Source: Chiloscyllium plagiosum
Lineage: Eukaryota
NCBI RefSeq assembly: GCF_004010195.1
Contig: NC_057719.1
Location: 50,829,008-50,893,007 of the forward strand
Direction: 5' to 3'
DNA length: 64,000 bases
The notes under the pieces: generated by a model
Databases searched by the model: none
The model's input: only the letters and a program-made list of their open reading frames with translations
Told to the model about the DNA's origin: nothing
Made by a program: the position numbers and the translations under genes
Shown here: in pieces, positions 27,466 through 39,194 of the stretch
Position numbering within the stretch: position 1 is the stretch's first letter
How the letters are laid out: each line of letters starts with the position of its first letter

Positions 27466-28020
27466 AGGCAATGACACAGTGGTAATGTCTATACTAGTAA
27501 TCTAGAGCCCCAACTTAATATTCTGAGGTTATGAGTTTGAATCCCACCTTGGCAATTCGTGAAATTTAAATTTATTAAAAATCTTTAAAACAGGTAGTCT
27601 AATAGTAATCATCAATTGTTGTAGAAGTCCTTCTGGTTAACTCATGTCCTTCAGGGAAGGAAATCTGCCATCCTTACATGTTTGGTCTATGTGTGACTCA
27701 CGATCCACAGTAATGTGACTGACTCTTAATTGCCCTCTGAAATGGCTTAGCAAACCATTTAAAAAGCCTCAAATACAAATGAAACTTACTGATCACCTGG
27801 TTCCAACCTAGGTACCAAAAACAAAAACAGCAAACTCAGTCCTATCAACCCTGAAAAGTCCTCCTTACTAAATTGAGAGACTGATGTCAAAATTGGAAGG
27901 CTGTTCCGCATAGTAATTAAGCAACAGCCTGACATAATGACACTCATGCATCACCATGCTTTGGTATATCATGATCCACTGGCAGGACAGACCCAGCAGA
28001 GGTGGCATCACATTTGGGTG
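27466..28020 (+). mobile_element. 5' end of a LINE: tRNA-like head, short UTR, then decayed AP-endonuclease N-terminus
   Basis: A-box-like gacacagtggtaa and B-box-like gagtttgaatccc. Then KQQPDI and QDRPSRGG remnants, collinear with 41870-42640. Confidence 0.7.
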
Positions 28021-28289
28021 GAGGGCCAGGTTTGCCTGAAGGGCCTTGGGGCCAGTAGGAGACATGAGATATCGTGAATGGGGAATGACGAGGGTGTGGA
28101 GGAGTGGGAGGCAAGGGCTATATTTTACTCTTGCTTTTTTCTCATTACTTCAACAAACTGCCGTTGTAATGAGGCAGGCCTTCAGCTCGCTCTGCCTCTG
28201 CATCCGACAACAGTTTAAAATGTTTACTGTGAATGAGTCAAGCCCTTACACAAAATAAAATAATTTGTTTCAGTGAAATTAGCTTTGGC

Positions 28290-28640
28290 TTAGAAAGGGT
28301 GGACGCTGGGAAGATGTTTCTGTGAGTTGGGGAGACTAGGACCCGTGGGCATAGCCTTAAAATTAGAGGGGGGTCAATTTAGAACGGAAATGAGGAGACA
28401 TTTCTTCAGCCAGAGAGTGGTGGGCCTATGAATTTATTACCGCGAAGCACAGTGGAGGCCAGGACATTGGGTGTCTTCAAGGCAGAGATTGATAAATTCT
28501 TGATCTCGCAAGGAATTAAGGGCTACTGGAAGAGTGCGGGTAAGTGGTGTTGAAGCACCCATCAGCCATGATTAAATGGTGGAGTGGACTTGATGGGCCG
28601 AATGGCCTTGCTTCCACTCCTATGTCTTATGGTCTTACAG
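28290..28640 (+). mobile_element. CR1/HER1 LINE 3' end
   Basis: RTRGHSLKIRG..FRTEMRRHFFSQRVV C-terminus plus 3'UTR. Confidence 0.85.
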
Positions 28641-28839
28641 CCTTCACTTGGAGAGAAAGAGAAAAGTGTTGACCTGTAAAACTAGCACTGGCAGTCATTA
28701 AAAATGAACTTATTTTCTGCAGTGTTTTTTATTGAAGTAAGAGATCAGATTTACACAGTATCATACATGAATAGTTATTCTGTGAGGAAAATAATCTATA
28801 ACTCAATGGGCTAAATGTTATTACTTGTTTCTAAAATAG

Positions 28840-29024
28840 TTGAATCGGTCAGGGGAGGAAACCTCCAGCTGTTTGTGGATGCAGGCGTTCCAGTGGATAC
28901 TCAAATCGTTCGACAGCTTGTAGATGAAGCTCTTGCCGAGATTATTGCCATCATGCTAGGCCAGCACCGGAGTGGAAGCAGAAGTCATATCCAAGAACTT
29001 GCTCAGAGAGAAACACCTTCACCA
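28840..29024 (+). CDS. KIAA0586: KIAA0586 exon (phase 1-0), [62 protein letters not shown]
   Basis: Lies inside ORF 28815-29057. Carries the TALPID3 motif [11 protein letters not shown]...EALAE.IA.MLG. Acceptor aaatag and donor CCA|gtaaga. Confidence 0.95.
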
Positions 29025-29111
29025 GTAAGAAAGTATCCACTTTTACAGAACATTTAGAATGTTGAGCACAGTTATCTTAACACTGTGTCGAAACTTTAAT
29101 CTCAAATCTAA

Positions 29112-29630
29112 AGTCATAGAGTCAGATAGCATGGAACCCTTCGATCCAACTCGTCCATGCTGATCAAGTTTCCAAACTAAACTAGTCCCATTTGCCTGTA
29201 TTTGCCCCATGTCTCTCTCAAAATGTATCTGTCCAAATATATTTTAGATGTTGTAGCTGTACCTGCATCTACCACTTCCTCTAGCAGTTCATTCCACATA
29301 TGTCCCACCCTCTGTGTGAAAACGTTGCCCCTCAGGTCCCTTTCAAATCTTTACCCCTCTCCCCCACCTTAAACCTGTGTCCTCTAGATTTGAACTTGCC
29401 TACCATAGGAAATTGACCTTTGCTGTTCACCTTATCTAAGCCCCTCATAATTTTATAAACCCCTTAACCTCCTCTGCTCCATGGAAAAAATCCTTTGCGT
29501 ATTCGGTTTTCCTTATAACTGCAACCCTCCAGTCCCATAACATGCTTGTAAATCTTTTCTGTGCCGTTTCCAATTTAACAATATCCTTCCTGTAGCAGGG
29601 TGACCAGAACTATACACAGTACTCCTCTGA
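29112..29630 (-). mobile_element. CR1/HER1 LINE 3' fragment
   Basis: Antisense EYCV.FWSP...ORF2 C-terminus and 3'UTR. Confidence 0.8.
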
Positions 29631-31282
29631 TGGTATGTTATGGGACTGGTACAATCAGATCCGCTTATCATTTGATTTCTCAGCATAACTGCAGAAGACC
29701 TGACTTATGTTAGTTCAAAATTGAAGCATTTGTTGTCCGAACTAAGTTGCAGCATCAGGAGTGCAACATTTGTTGTAAGCTATGGATTAGATTATGCTGG
29801 TGTTTCAAATGAGCATCTCCTCCCCAAACTATCTAGATTGATTCACAAACCGGATACAATTTTGCTGAGTGCTAAATTTAGGACAGTGCTGGGCTTGTTA
29901 TTTGTATTATGTAGCAGAGGAAGTACACATTTGTAGTTACTGATGCTTGTTTCTCTCCGAATAAATCTGAAATTATTTGTTCATTTGCCTAGTATCCTAA
30001 ACAGCACAATTAAGTGTTCTTATCAAAAGAATTCCACTGAGTAAATCCCCTCAAAATTATGTTTGTGAATTTTACTATAATTGTCTTAGGAAACTCCTGA
30101 ATTTTGACGTACCTCTATTTCTGATATTCAATCAGAATAACTATTTCTATACCTAGCATTTTTATGTCATTCCAGTCTCCCCAATGCTAAGAGCATTATT
30201 GCACTCAGGAATTACATGGTTTTACAGGATATTGAGTGCTGATCCAGGAGTCAAAATGAAATTGAAATCAAAACAAAAAACTGCTGTTATTTGGGCAATC
30301 CTTTCTCAGATTTAGAACCTGCCATGTTAATTATGATTAGTGGTAAATTGTGTTGAATTTAATTGGAGCCTTCAATCAAGAATATTCCTTGAACACCCAG
30401 AAGAGAATGTGTATTGCATTATGCAGGAGGTAGAAGAGCTGTATTTATAAAGCAGCATCATTTTTTATCTTCCCATAGTTCCATTTGTGTGATTCAGTTA
30501 GGTCACACTGGTAATTTGTGGTTTTGATTAGCCAATTAGTCCTACACTAATAGGATGTTAAAAGTAAACTATAGACTGCATAATAAATTGGCAACAAAAA
30601 TAGGGGTTCTACAATCGAATAACTTTTTCTGTTGGCTCAGTTTATGACAGTCTTAGTCTGCTTACTACTGATTTTGCACTCTGTGCCTCAGGGAAACTTA
30701 TTGGCCTTCATTTGACAATTACCCTAGCAACTTCTGTGTGATTGAGAATGGGTTGTGAGGAGTATTACAATCTTGCCATTCATTCCATGCTGCAACATAT
30801 TGGATAGGTTGGAGATCAGCAAAGAGAGAAACTTTAACTCAAAACTATTTTGAAATGAATCATGTTGTTTTCAACCATAAAACATCAGAAATGTCATAAA
30901 GTAGTTAGAATATATTATTTAAAATAGCTAGACTCAATATACAAATCAGTGAAATAAATGTCACGTTTTTTTAAAATCTATCACTGGATGCTCCATGCTC
31001 TTTGTTTTTAGTCCAGAGAAGTTGATGGATGCTTTTCTTAATATAATAAAATTAAACAGATGCAGGTATAATCTTGTTTTTCAAAATTAAAATTTAGAAG
31101 GCAATCTGATCACCATTTTGGGGAAATTTCTTTCCTAAAAATAACATATTGATATTAATAGATGGAAGATTTATCTGACTATAATCTGAAAGCTCATAAA
31201 TATTTTGTCATCTTTCTGGTACTTGTTTATACTGAACCTCTTACATTGCAGGCACTCATGCAGTAGGACTAGGATTAATTAG

Positions 31283-31512
31283 GAGTAAGTGAGGACTGCA
31301 GATGCTGGAAATCAGAGGTGAAGAGCATGGTGCTGGAAAAGCACAGCCAGTCAGGCAGCATCTGAGCAGCAGGAGAGTTGACGTTTCGAGCATAAGTCCT
31401 TCATCAGGCATGAGGGTCATTCATCAGCCTCATTCCTGATGAAGGGCTTATGCCCAAAATGTGACTCTGCTGCCTGACCAGTTATGCTTTTCCAGCACCG
31501 TACTCGTTGACA
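31283..31512. mobile_element. Fold-back PLE-derived cassette, family B, with 12-bp TSD
   Basis: TSD aggattaattag at 31271-31282 and 31513-31524. Hammerhead cores on - (31376-31410: CTGATGA A GGAC ttat GCTC GAA ACGT C) and + (from 31436, GAAA mutated). Confidence 0.85.
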
Positions 31513-32518
31513 AGGATTAATTAGTATGTTTTGCGCTAAACAGCTATTTGTTGAAGCATAAAGGATTAAGATACTTCTTTAGTGGCTTGAATATTTATCA
31601 TTCATGGTCAGAGATTTGTCATGACACATATAACACTGTGTACATTTCTGATTGTTATTATTGAAGAAGAAAAGACTTTGTTTACTTTCAATGTTAAGTG
31701 CATTTCATTTTCTTGTTGTAATTGGATTGTAAATTATTTCCCAAACTGTACTGTTTGCTTCACATGTTTTTCTTTGGAAGGTCAGTTTGATAATTCAACA
31801 GTTAAATATATCCTACTGAACCACACATAGCGAATGGTCTTAAATTTGATCCTGTATTTGTGGTGAGTTAATCTTTCTTAGTCATTGTGACCACATGGGG
31901 TCCACTGTATAAGAGAAGAAAGAAATTAACCATAGTATTCTGTCCTATTTGGATTCAGATCTAATGTCCCTCACAAAAAAAATATAGATGCTGTCTGGTC
32001 ATGATCATATATTAAAAAAAGTTGTTTGGAAAAGGATTGTTATATCCCCAAAATGTCTCAGCATTAATCATCACCTTCAGGAGGGAAGGATAAGAATATA
32101 AACTTCCATCAGAATGGAACAACTCTTTGCACTGTTTTGTTATTGGTAAGTTTTTGGGTTGAGTGAACTACTGTTTCAGATTATGATGAAAACATTCATG
32201 CTTGTATAATGTGAAAGAATATGATCTATTATTTCTCAGTTATATTATTCATCTTTTGACAGAAACAAAATATATTCTGATCATAAAAATTAGGTAGATG
32301 TAACTAAAACATGTATTTAGTTTGTGAAAATATATTCTTGTAATTAATGCATGGATTAAGGAAATGGTAGATTTAGGATCTTGGCTCCGTGAACATTCTG
32401 ACAGCAAATAATTTCACTTTGTATAATCTCTTCTCACATATGAGTTGGAGCTTTTGGTTATGCTCACATTAAATCTCCCTGTTTATTTAATTTGCTTGAA
32501 ATGCTGCCATTCTTGCAG

Positions 32519-32693
32519 ATGATGTTGGTCCCAACACCAGATCCAACCCCACGACACACTCCATCGCCTCCTGTTGGACGTCTGTCCTTAATCCAAACAC
32601 CAGACGTTACACCCCAAGATTCTGTCGCAGTATCAGAAGAGAAAGAATCAGAACCTGAACCAGAACCAGAACCTTTACTGAAATCATCACCAG
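32519..32693 (+). CDS. KIAA0586: KIAA0586 exon (phase 0-1), Pro/Thr-rich MMLVPTPDPTPRHTPSPPVGRLSLIQTPDVTPQDS...EPEPEPEPLLKSSP
   Basis: Acceptor ttcttgcag and donor CAG|gtgaat. Resembles human 'TPLPTPQPTPPCSP...VKTPDSSP'. Phases fit both neighbours. Confidence 0.9.
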
Positions 32694-33616
32694 GTGAATG
32701 GGAACTTCTTTAAACTCAATGTCTGAAAGTGTTTTGAAGCTCCTTAGTGTAAAATTGTACAATAAGAACGCTGTAATTTTTGCTAACATTAGATCAGACT
32801 CCAGCACACTTTATGTTATGTCATGAGATAAACTTGAAAATTATTGTACTAGTCACAAGAAGTTTCATTTATGCAACACCTTTAATAAACTATCCAAGGC
32901 GTTTCACAGGGCATTGTGAAGAGGTGAGAGGGGTAGGTTTTAAGGCAATCCTCAAAGGAAATAGACAGATAGTCAGGGAGAGCTTTATGAAAAATAAGTC
33001 TAGGGCCTATGCAACTGAAGGCATGATCTCAAATGATGCAGCAATTAAATTCAGGGATGTTCAAGTGACCTGAATTGAATGAGCACGAGAGAATAGACTT
33101 TTTTTCATGGAGACTGAATTCACTGGTTTCAGTCTTCTCACAAGTTAATTAGAGAATACGTCTGCTACTCCAGTACTGGATGTCAGATAAACAGCATGAT
33201 AATTTAGCAACAGTAGGGAGTTGAGGAGCTCGTGGGAAAATAGAGCTAAATGTGATCAACTTACATGTGAAAACTAGCACTGTGTATTCAGATAATGTTG
33301 CCAAGCAGCAGCATGTGGATGAGAAATAGGAGAGGGCCAAAAAACAGACTTAAGGTCATGGTGCAGGAACAAGAACAGAAGCCTTCGTAAACGACTCTGG
33401 TTTCAATAATATAATTAAGAATGGATCCAAGTGAGATCAGTCACACCCAGTTGGATGATAGTGGAGAAGTATTGGAGGAAAGAGTATGGCAGACCTTGTC
33501 AAGGCTGCAGGCAGAGAAGAGAAATTTTAATTTAGTCGGTCACATGGATGTCATTTCTGACTTTGGTGAGAACTATGTTGTAACTGTAGCAGTTCGGAAA
33601 CCTGATTGGAGAGATT

Positions 33617-33836
33617 GTAGTTGAAACTTTATTGCTGGAACAGCACAGCAGGTCAGGCAGCATCCAGGGAACATGAGATTCGACGTTTCGGGCACAGGCC
33701 CTTCACATTCCTGAAGAAGGGCCTGTGCCCGAAACGTCGAATCTCCTGTTCCCTGGATGCTGCCTGACCTGCTGTGCTGTTCCAGCAATAAAGTTTCAAC
33801 TTCGATCTCTAGCATCTGCAGACCTCACTTTCTCCT
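33617..33836. mobile_element. Young fold-back PLE-derived cassette, family B, with perfect 16-bp TSD
   Basis: Arms 33619-33704 and 33716-33801 are reverse complements with one visible mismatch. TSD cctgattggagagatt at 33601-33616 and 33837-33852. Confidence 0.92.
33707..33742 (+). ncRNA. Intact minimal type-I hammerhead ribozyme motif (family B)
   Basis: ATTC CTGAAGA A GGGC ctgt GCCC GAA ACGT C GAAT. Helix I ATTC/GAAT, helix II 4 bp, palindromic ACGU in place of helix III. Predicted GUC cleavage after 33738. Confidence 0.85.
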
Positions 33837-35192
33837 CCTGATTGGAGAGATTAAAATGCAGAGTTTTGGGAATGATTAATACGAATTTGGAAGATAACCA
33901 TATATTCGGGATTTTTGGAGAGGCAAGGGAGGATGGAGACTAGGTGATAGACTACTGGTGATTGTTTGATCAAGTACTTTTTCAGGAGAGGCAAAATGTT
34001 AGCAGTTTTGATGGAGAATGGCAGTTCTTAGGGGGAGAGAGCTGTGAACAGGATCAGCTAACATGGACTGGAAGGGAAATTGTGCAGTCAACAATTTACT
34101 GAGATAGGATTAATGATTAATTATTGGACAACAGTGCCTTGTTTGTCATTCTGCTTTCTCTTGGTGACATTATTAGCCTCATTTTAATTGTTCACTGACA
34201 TTGTGAAGGCGCAACTTCTCTTATGACAAGATTGAACCTAATATTCTAAGATGGTGTGGCAAGGTGGGGGAAGACCAGAAAGTAATGTTGTGTTCTTTCC
34301 ACACATCCATATGTTAACAAAACAAATCACTATTTGAAGATAAGTGTAAACAGAATTAGTGAGAAGGTTAGAAACTGCTTGTGTACACAGAGTGTGTTTA
34401 AAATGTAGAATTTTCCAGCACAAATCATTGATGAAGCAAAGTCCATAAATTATTTTGAAAGGTCTTCAATAAAAATGAACATTAAAAGCAATGGCAAATA
34501 AACAGGAGAATGAAATTAGATCATGTGGCTTTTCTAGAGAAAATCTCTGGCATAGAATTTAGCTAAATGACCTTCATCTGTACTGTTTCATTTTTTGAGT
34601 CTGCAGTTAAATTAAATTTAATTGAAGACAGGTTTTGTAGGTTTTGAACATAACTTTTCCCAAAACATTGAATTCTGCTGTATTAAATTTTGGAAAGGGT
34701 AATATAGGAGCATTGTTTATTTGTACAGTAAGTAGTTACTCCATCGAGTAGACTAGTGATTATTCTCATCAGTAGGTTCCCAATAAGCTTGTGAGTTTGT
34801 CTGAATTCCATGAAAGCACCAAATAGAGTAAAGGTGCTTCAAAGGAAGAAAAGGTAGGAATGCGGGCCATTCCATGACTGAGAGAGGGGCTGAGTATGGG
34901 AGCAACATCACACACCTTCCTCTTCTACAGATGCAAAAGAAGTAAGTAAATAATTTCAGAATGGACATTTAGATAAATGATAGGAATGGAAGTGTTCCTT
35001 CTCCAATTAAAAATAATACTAATATGCAGGAATCTTCTTTCATTGGGCTTTCTCTAACCAATTTCGTATGACAAAAATTGAAAAGGTGTAATTAAGTTAG
35101 TGAGTAGACTGTTGATATAAATTTTTACACTCATTCTCGGAACGATATATCAGACATGGAGAGAAGGTTAGTGACAGTTTAGCAGCATGAGA

Positions 35193-35501
35193 CTGGGGTG
35201 TGGGTACTTCTTTTCAAATCAACCAATTTTTCTAAACAATCTGTTTAGAAATGTTACTACACATCCCTTGAGCAGTTAGACTTGAACCTGAATCTCTCGA
35301 TCCAGGAATAGGAACATGACCTCTAAGCCATAAGAAGGCCCTGGGGTGTGGGTACTTCTTTTATTTAACCTGTTTTTCGAATTAGCGTGTTCAGAGATGT
35401 TATTACATACCTCTGGAGTAGTTGGGACTTGAATCTTGGTCTCTTAGTCCAGGAATAGGGGCAATACCATTGTGCCATAAGAGGACCCTGAGGTGTGGGT
35501 A
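35193..35501 (-). repeat. Tandem pair of ~148-bp units, each a short tRNA-derived SINE-like element
   Basis: Units start at 35193 and 35341. The minus strand shows A-box-like tggcacaatgg and B-box-like gattcaagtccc. A related solo copy lies at ~4280-4372 (+). Confidence 0.65.
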
Positions 35502-35874
35502 GTTAACGAGGAAGGGACATTGGGCAAACATGAGTCATTTTCTCTGGGAGATGATCTGTCTGATATGTTAATGAGGGAATTGAAAAGGTAATTGAGGAAT
35601 TTGCTTAATTCTGGTAGAGTAATTAGAAGCTAGGAAAAATTATCTTCATTTTAAAACTAGAATTGATAAATGTGAACCCTGAGAAATTTCTTCATAAATA
35701 TTTGAAGTTGTAGAAAATACTGCATCGGCAGATCATAGAAGATGAGTTAATTAAGATATTTATTAGTAGCAGATACTAAATGGTGTGGTAGGTTTGATGG
35801 TTCAAAGGCATTTTTCCTAATCTTGTCCTCCTTTGTTGTGTCTATTATAAATAACAATAATATTTGTAATTCAG

Positions 35875-36121
35875 TTTTAGATGCTGCAGGACTAGCATCT
35901 CCAGGAAAATCAAGTCCTATTGGTACTCCTGTTGCCACACCATTCTGTACACCCTCAAGAGTGTCAACGCCATCACCAGTAACAGAACCCATCTCTGAGA
36001 AGATAAAGAATGCAAGCTTCATGCTTTCACAGCTTCCAAACCCCTGGGGAGATGTAGAGCTCCCTCTGGAGGAAGAAAATCCCAGCTCATTTCAAGAAGC
36101 AACACGACAGGCAAGAGCTAT
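35875..36121 (+). CDS. KIAA0586: KIAA0586 exon (phase 1-2), VLDAAGLASPGKSS...LPNPWGDVELPLEEENPSSFQEATRQARA(I); alternative in-frame start at 35881
   Basis: Contains the TALPID3 motif LP.PWGD..LPLEEENP. Donor AT|gtaagt. Two in-frame AG acceptors end at 35874 and 35880. Confidence 0.93.
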
Positions 36122-36320
36122 GTAAGTGATCTATTACACAGTGAATATATAATGTCAACCAACTGCAGTTTCTAATGTAAACAATTAACATGTCAAATCT
36201 TATTTCTGCCCTGTTACCACTCTGTGCACTTTTTGCGATAATGCCATCAAATCAAATGGGCATTCTATAAAATGTTACAATTCAGGCAGTATCCACGAAA
36301 TTTTACAATAAAATAAAATA

Positions 36321-36488
36321 GGTTTATTTGAAACTTTTGGAGTGCAGCCCCTTGGTCAGATGAAGTTCACCTGATGAAGGAGCAGCACTCCGAAAGCTTG
36401 TGATTTCAAATAAACCTGTTGGACTATAATCAGGTGTCATGTGACTTCTGACCTTGTCCATCCCAGTCCAACACTGACACCTCCACAT
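36321..36488. mobile_element. PLE-derived cassette, family A-related, with a short decayed inverted left arm
   Basis: Right part is homologous to 1213-1299 and to the reverse complement of 1081-1200. 36321-36362 is a degenerate inverse arm. Confidence 0.8.
36367..36403 (+). ncRNA. Intact minimal type-I hammerhead motif (family A)
   Basis: TCAC CTGATGA A GGAG cagca CTCC GAA AGCT T GTGA. Helix I TCAC/GTGA, palindromic AGCU. Predicted CUU cleavage after 36399. Confidence 0.82.
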
Positions 36489-37279
36489 ATAAAATAAGCA
36501 TGAGAGTAGCAAATTGCTGGACCTTCAAAAAAAAGACAATTAATATAGTACATCCATGTTGAGCAGTAAGGGTACTGATCGACATAGGAAGACATCTTTT
36601 GTTAATTAATATAAACATGCAAATCACACGCCACAGAGAAAGGCCAATCGGCCAATCATGTTTATACAAGCCACAGAAGAACTATTTAGCCTAATACCTA
36701 TTTCCAGCTCTTAACCCTAGTCCTGTAGGTTATGACATTTATGTGCACGTACGGGTGTTTCTTAAATGTATTGAGGGTTTCACATTCAATCATCCTTTCA
36801 GGCAGTGAGTGCGTCATTTGGGTAAAGAAGTTTTCCTCAAGTCCCTGTAATCCTTCAACAATGTACATTGACATCTTTGCTGATGGAAATTGATTCTTGT
36901 TATTCACACTACCTAGGCCTCTTATAATCTTATGTACTTCAATTTAATCTCCTTTGTCCCCCATTGTACCAAAGAAAGTAGCTTCAGCATACTAAGTCTT
37001 TCCATATAGCTAAATTCCTCAGTCTTGGCAACATCGTCGTTAATCTCCTCTGCTGTTGCCTCACAACCTTCCTGTAATGTGATGACCAGAACGCTACACA
37101 GTGTTTGAACTACATTAAATCAAAGGGAAGACAAGCATTCTCAGCAAAAGGTAGAGAGATTTGAAGGACTTATCCAAAACCTGGTCAATACAGTGTGTTT
37201 CAAGGATGGTTCGAATGCTGGTGTGTGACAGAGTTGGATGGGTTTAGCAAAGAAAATTCTTAGCATGAAAGTCAGTTCG

Positions 37280-37712
37280 TGAATTTTAATAAGATTTGTA
37301 GCTCAGGTTGAGGTTCTGGATGTAGGTTTGCTGGTTGAACTGGAAGGTTCATTTTCAGATGTTTCGTCACCATATGAGGTAACATCTTCAATGAGCCTCC
37401 GAATGAAGCATGCGTGGTGTAGCTCGCTTTCTATTTATATGTTTGAGTTTCCTTGGGTTGGTGATGTCATTTCCTGTGGTGACATCATTTACTTTGATGA
37501 TGTCATTTCCTGTTCTTTTTCTCGGGCGGGGTGTGGTAAATGGGGTCCAAGTCAATGTGTTTTTTGATAGAGTTCCGGATGGTGTATGTCTGTAACCATC
37601 CTTTGAAGCATCATCAGTGCTTCATTTGGAGGCTCACTGAAGATGTTACCTAGTGTGGTGATGAAACTTCTGAAAATGAACCTTCCAACTCAGTGAGCAA
37701 ACCTACATCCAT
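37280..37712. mobile_element. Fold-back PLE-derived cassette, family C
   Basis: Arms ~37317-37410 and 37618-37711 are inverted. Both carry hammerhead-like cores with a GTTACC/GGTGAY helix II. Confidence 0.8.
37634..37673 (+). ncRNA. Minimal hammerhead motif (family C), palindrome mutated
   Basis: TCA CTGAAGA T GTTACC tagtgt GGTGAT GAA ACTT C TGA. Confidence 0.65.
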
Positions 37713-37939
37713 AAAGGTCAGTCGCCTGACTGTATAGTATTTTAAAAGGAGCCAATTTTACCCGTCTTTCCTGAATTAACAATGAGTTTATTATTTACAA
37801 AATGTGTAAAGACTTAATAATACAACTGATGTACACACAGATTATAAATAATAGGTATGTCTAGAAAGATAAAAGTAGAAACAAGATATACGGATCAGTC
37901 ACTGAATTATTTGTGAAAAGCAGAAAAATGTGGCAAATC

Positions 37940-39155
37940 ATGTCTGACGAACTTGATTGTGCTTTTTGAAGAAGTAACAGAGGATTGATGAGGGCAGAGC
38001 GGTAGACGTGATCTATATGGACTTCAGTAAGGCATTCGATAAGGGAGATTGGTTGGCAAGGTTAGATCTCATGGAATACAGGGAGAACTAGCCATTTGGA
38101 TACAGAACTGGCTCAAAGGTAGAAGACAGAGGGTGGTGGTGGAAGGTTGTTTTTCAGACTAGAGGCCTGTGACCAGCGGAGTGTCAAAAGGATCGGTGCT
38201 GGGTCCACTACTTTTTGTCATTTATATAAATGATTTGGATGTGAGCATAAGAGGTATAGTTAGTATGTTTGCAGATAACATCATAATTAAAGGTGTGATG
38301 GACTGCGAAGAAAGTTACTTCAGATTAGAACAGGATCTTGATCAGATGAGCCAATGGGCTGAGGAATGGCAGATGGAGTTTAATTTAGATAAATGCGAGG
38401 TGCTGTATTTTGGGAATGTAAATCTTAGCAGGACTTGTACACTTAATGGTAAAGTCCCAGGGAGTGTTGCTGAACAACAAAACTTTGGAGTGCAGGTTCA
38501 TAGCTCCTTGAAAGTGGAGTCACAGGTAGCTAGGAGAGTGAAAAAGGCTTCTGGTATGCTTTCCTTTATTGGTCAGAATATTGAGTACAGGAGTTGGGAG
38601 GCCATGTTGCGGCTGTACAGGACATTGGTTAGGCCACTGTTGGAATATTGTGTGCAATTCTGGTCTTCCTATTGGAAGAATGTTGTGAAACTTGAAAAGG
38701 TTCAGAAAAGATTTACAAGGATGTTGCCAGGGTTGGAGGCTTTTGAGCTATAGGGAGAGGTTGAATAGGCTGGGGCTGTTTTTCTTGGAGTGTCGGAGGC
38801 TGAGGGGTGACTTTATAGAGGTTTATAAAATCATGGATAGGATAAATAGATGGGGAGTACAGAACTAGAGGGCATAGGTTTAGGGTGAAGGGGAAAGATA
38901 TAAAAGAGACCTAAGGAGCAACATTTTCATGCAGAGCGTGATGCGTGTATGGAATGAGCTGTCAGAGGAAGTGGTGGTGGCTCATAAAATTGCAACATTT
39001 CAAAGGCATCTGGATGGGTATATGAATAGGAAGGGTTTGGAGGGATATGGCCCCGGTGCTGGCAGGTGGGACTAGATTGGGTCAGGATATCTGGTCGGCA
39101 TGGACAAGTTGGACCGGCGGGTCTGTTTCCGTACTGTACATCTCTATGACTCTAA
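37940..39155 (+). mobile_element. CR1/HER1 LINE, 5'-truncated (RT C-terminal half + 3'UTR)
   Basis: VDVIYMDFSKAFD, SGVSKGSVLGPLLFVIYINDL, FAD and LVRPLLEYCVQFWS motifs (ORF 38169-38753). Confidence 0.95.
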
Positions 39156-39194
39156 CTGAATGTGTGGCCATTTTTGTGGAGATTGATATTGATA

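Larger units (their letters stand above)
32855..34120 (-). mobile_element. Old L2-type LINE fragment hosting the cassette at 33617
   Basis: Decayed antisense RT/3' region that continues across the 16-bp TSD. Confidence 0.5.

Noticed and set aside
33619..33801. MITE (DNA transposon) or miRNA gene interpretation of the palindromes
   Set aside because: The arms are asymmetric, TSD lengths vary (12-16 bp), junctions differ per copy, and the sequence matches PLE termini. Small-RNA production cannot be judged from sequence alone.
35193..35501. CRISPR-like repeat-spacer array
   Set aside because: The context is eukaryotic, the spacers are homologous to each other, and there are no cas genes.
38169..38753. 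194-aa ORF as a functional reverse transcriptase
   Set aside because: It is a 5'-truncated CR1 fragment with a mutated catalytic motif (FADN) and frameshifts.
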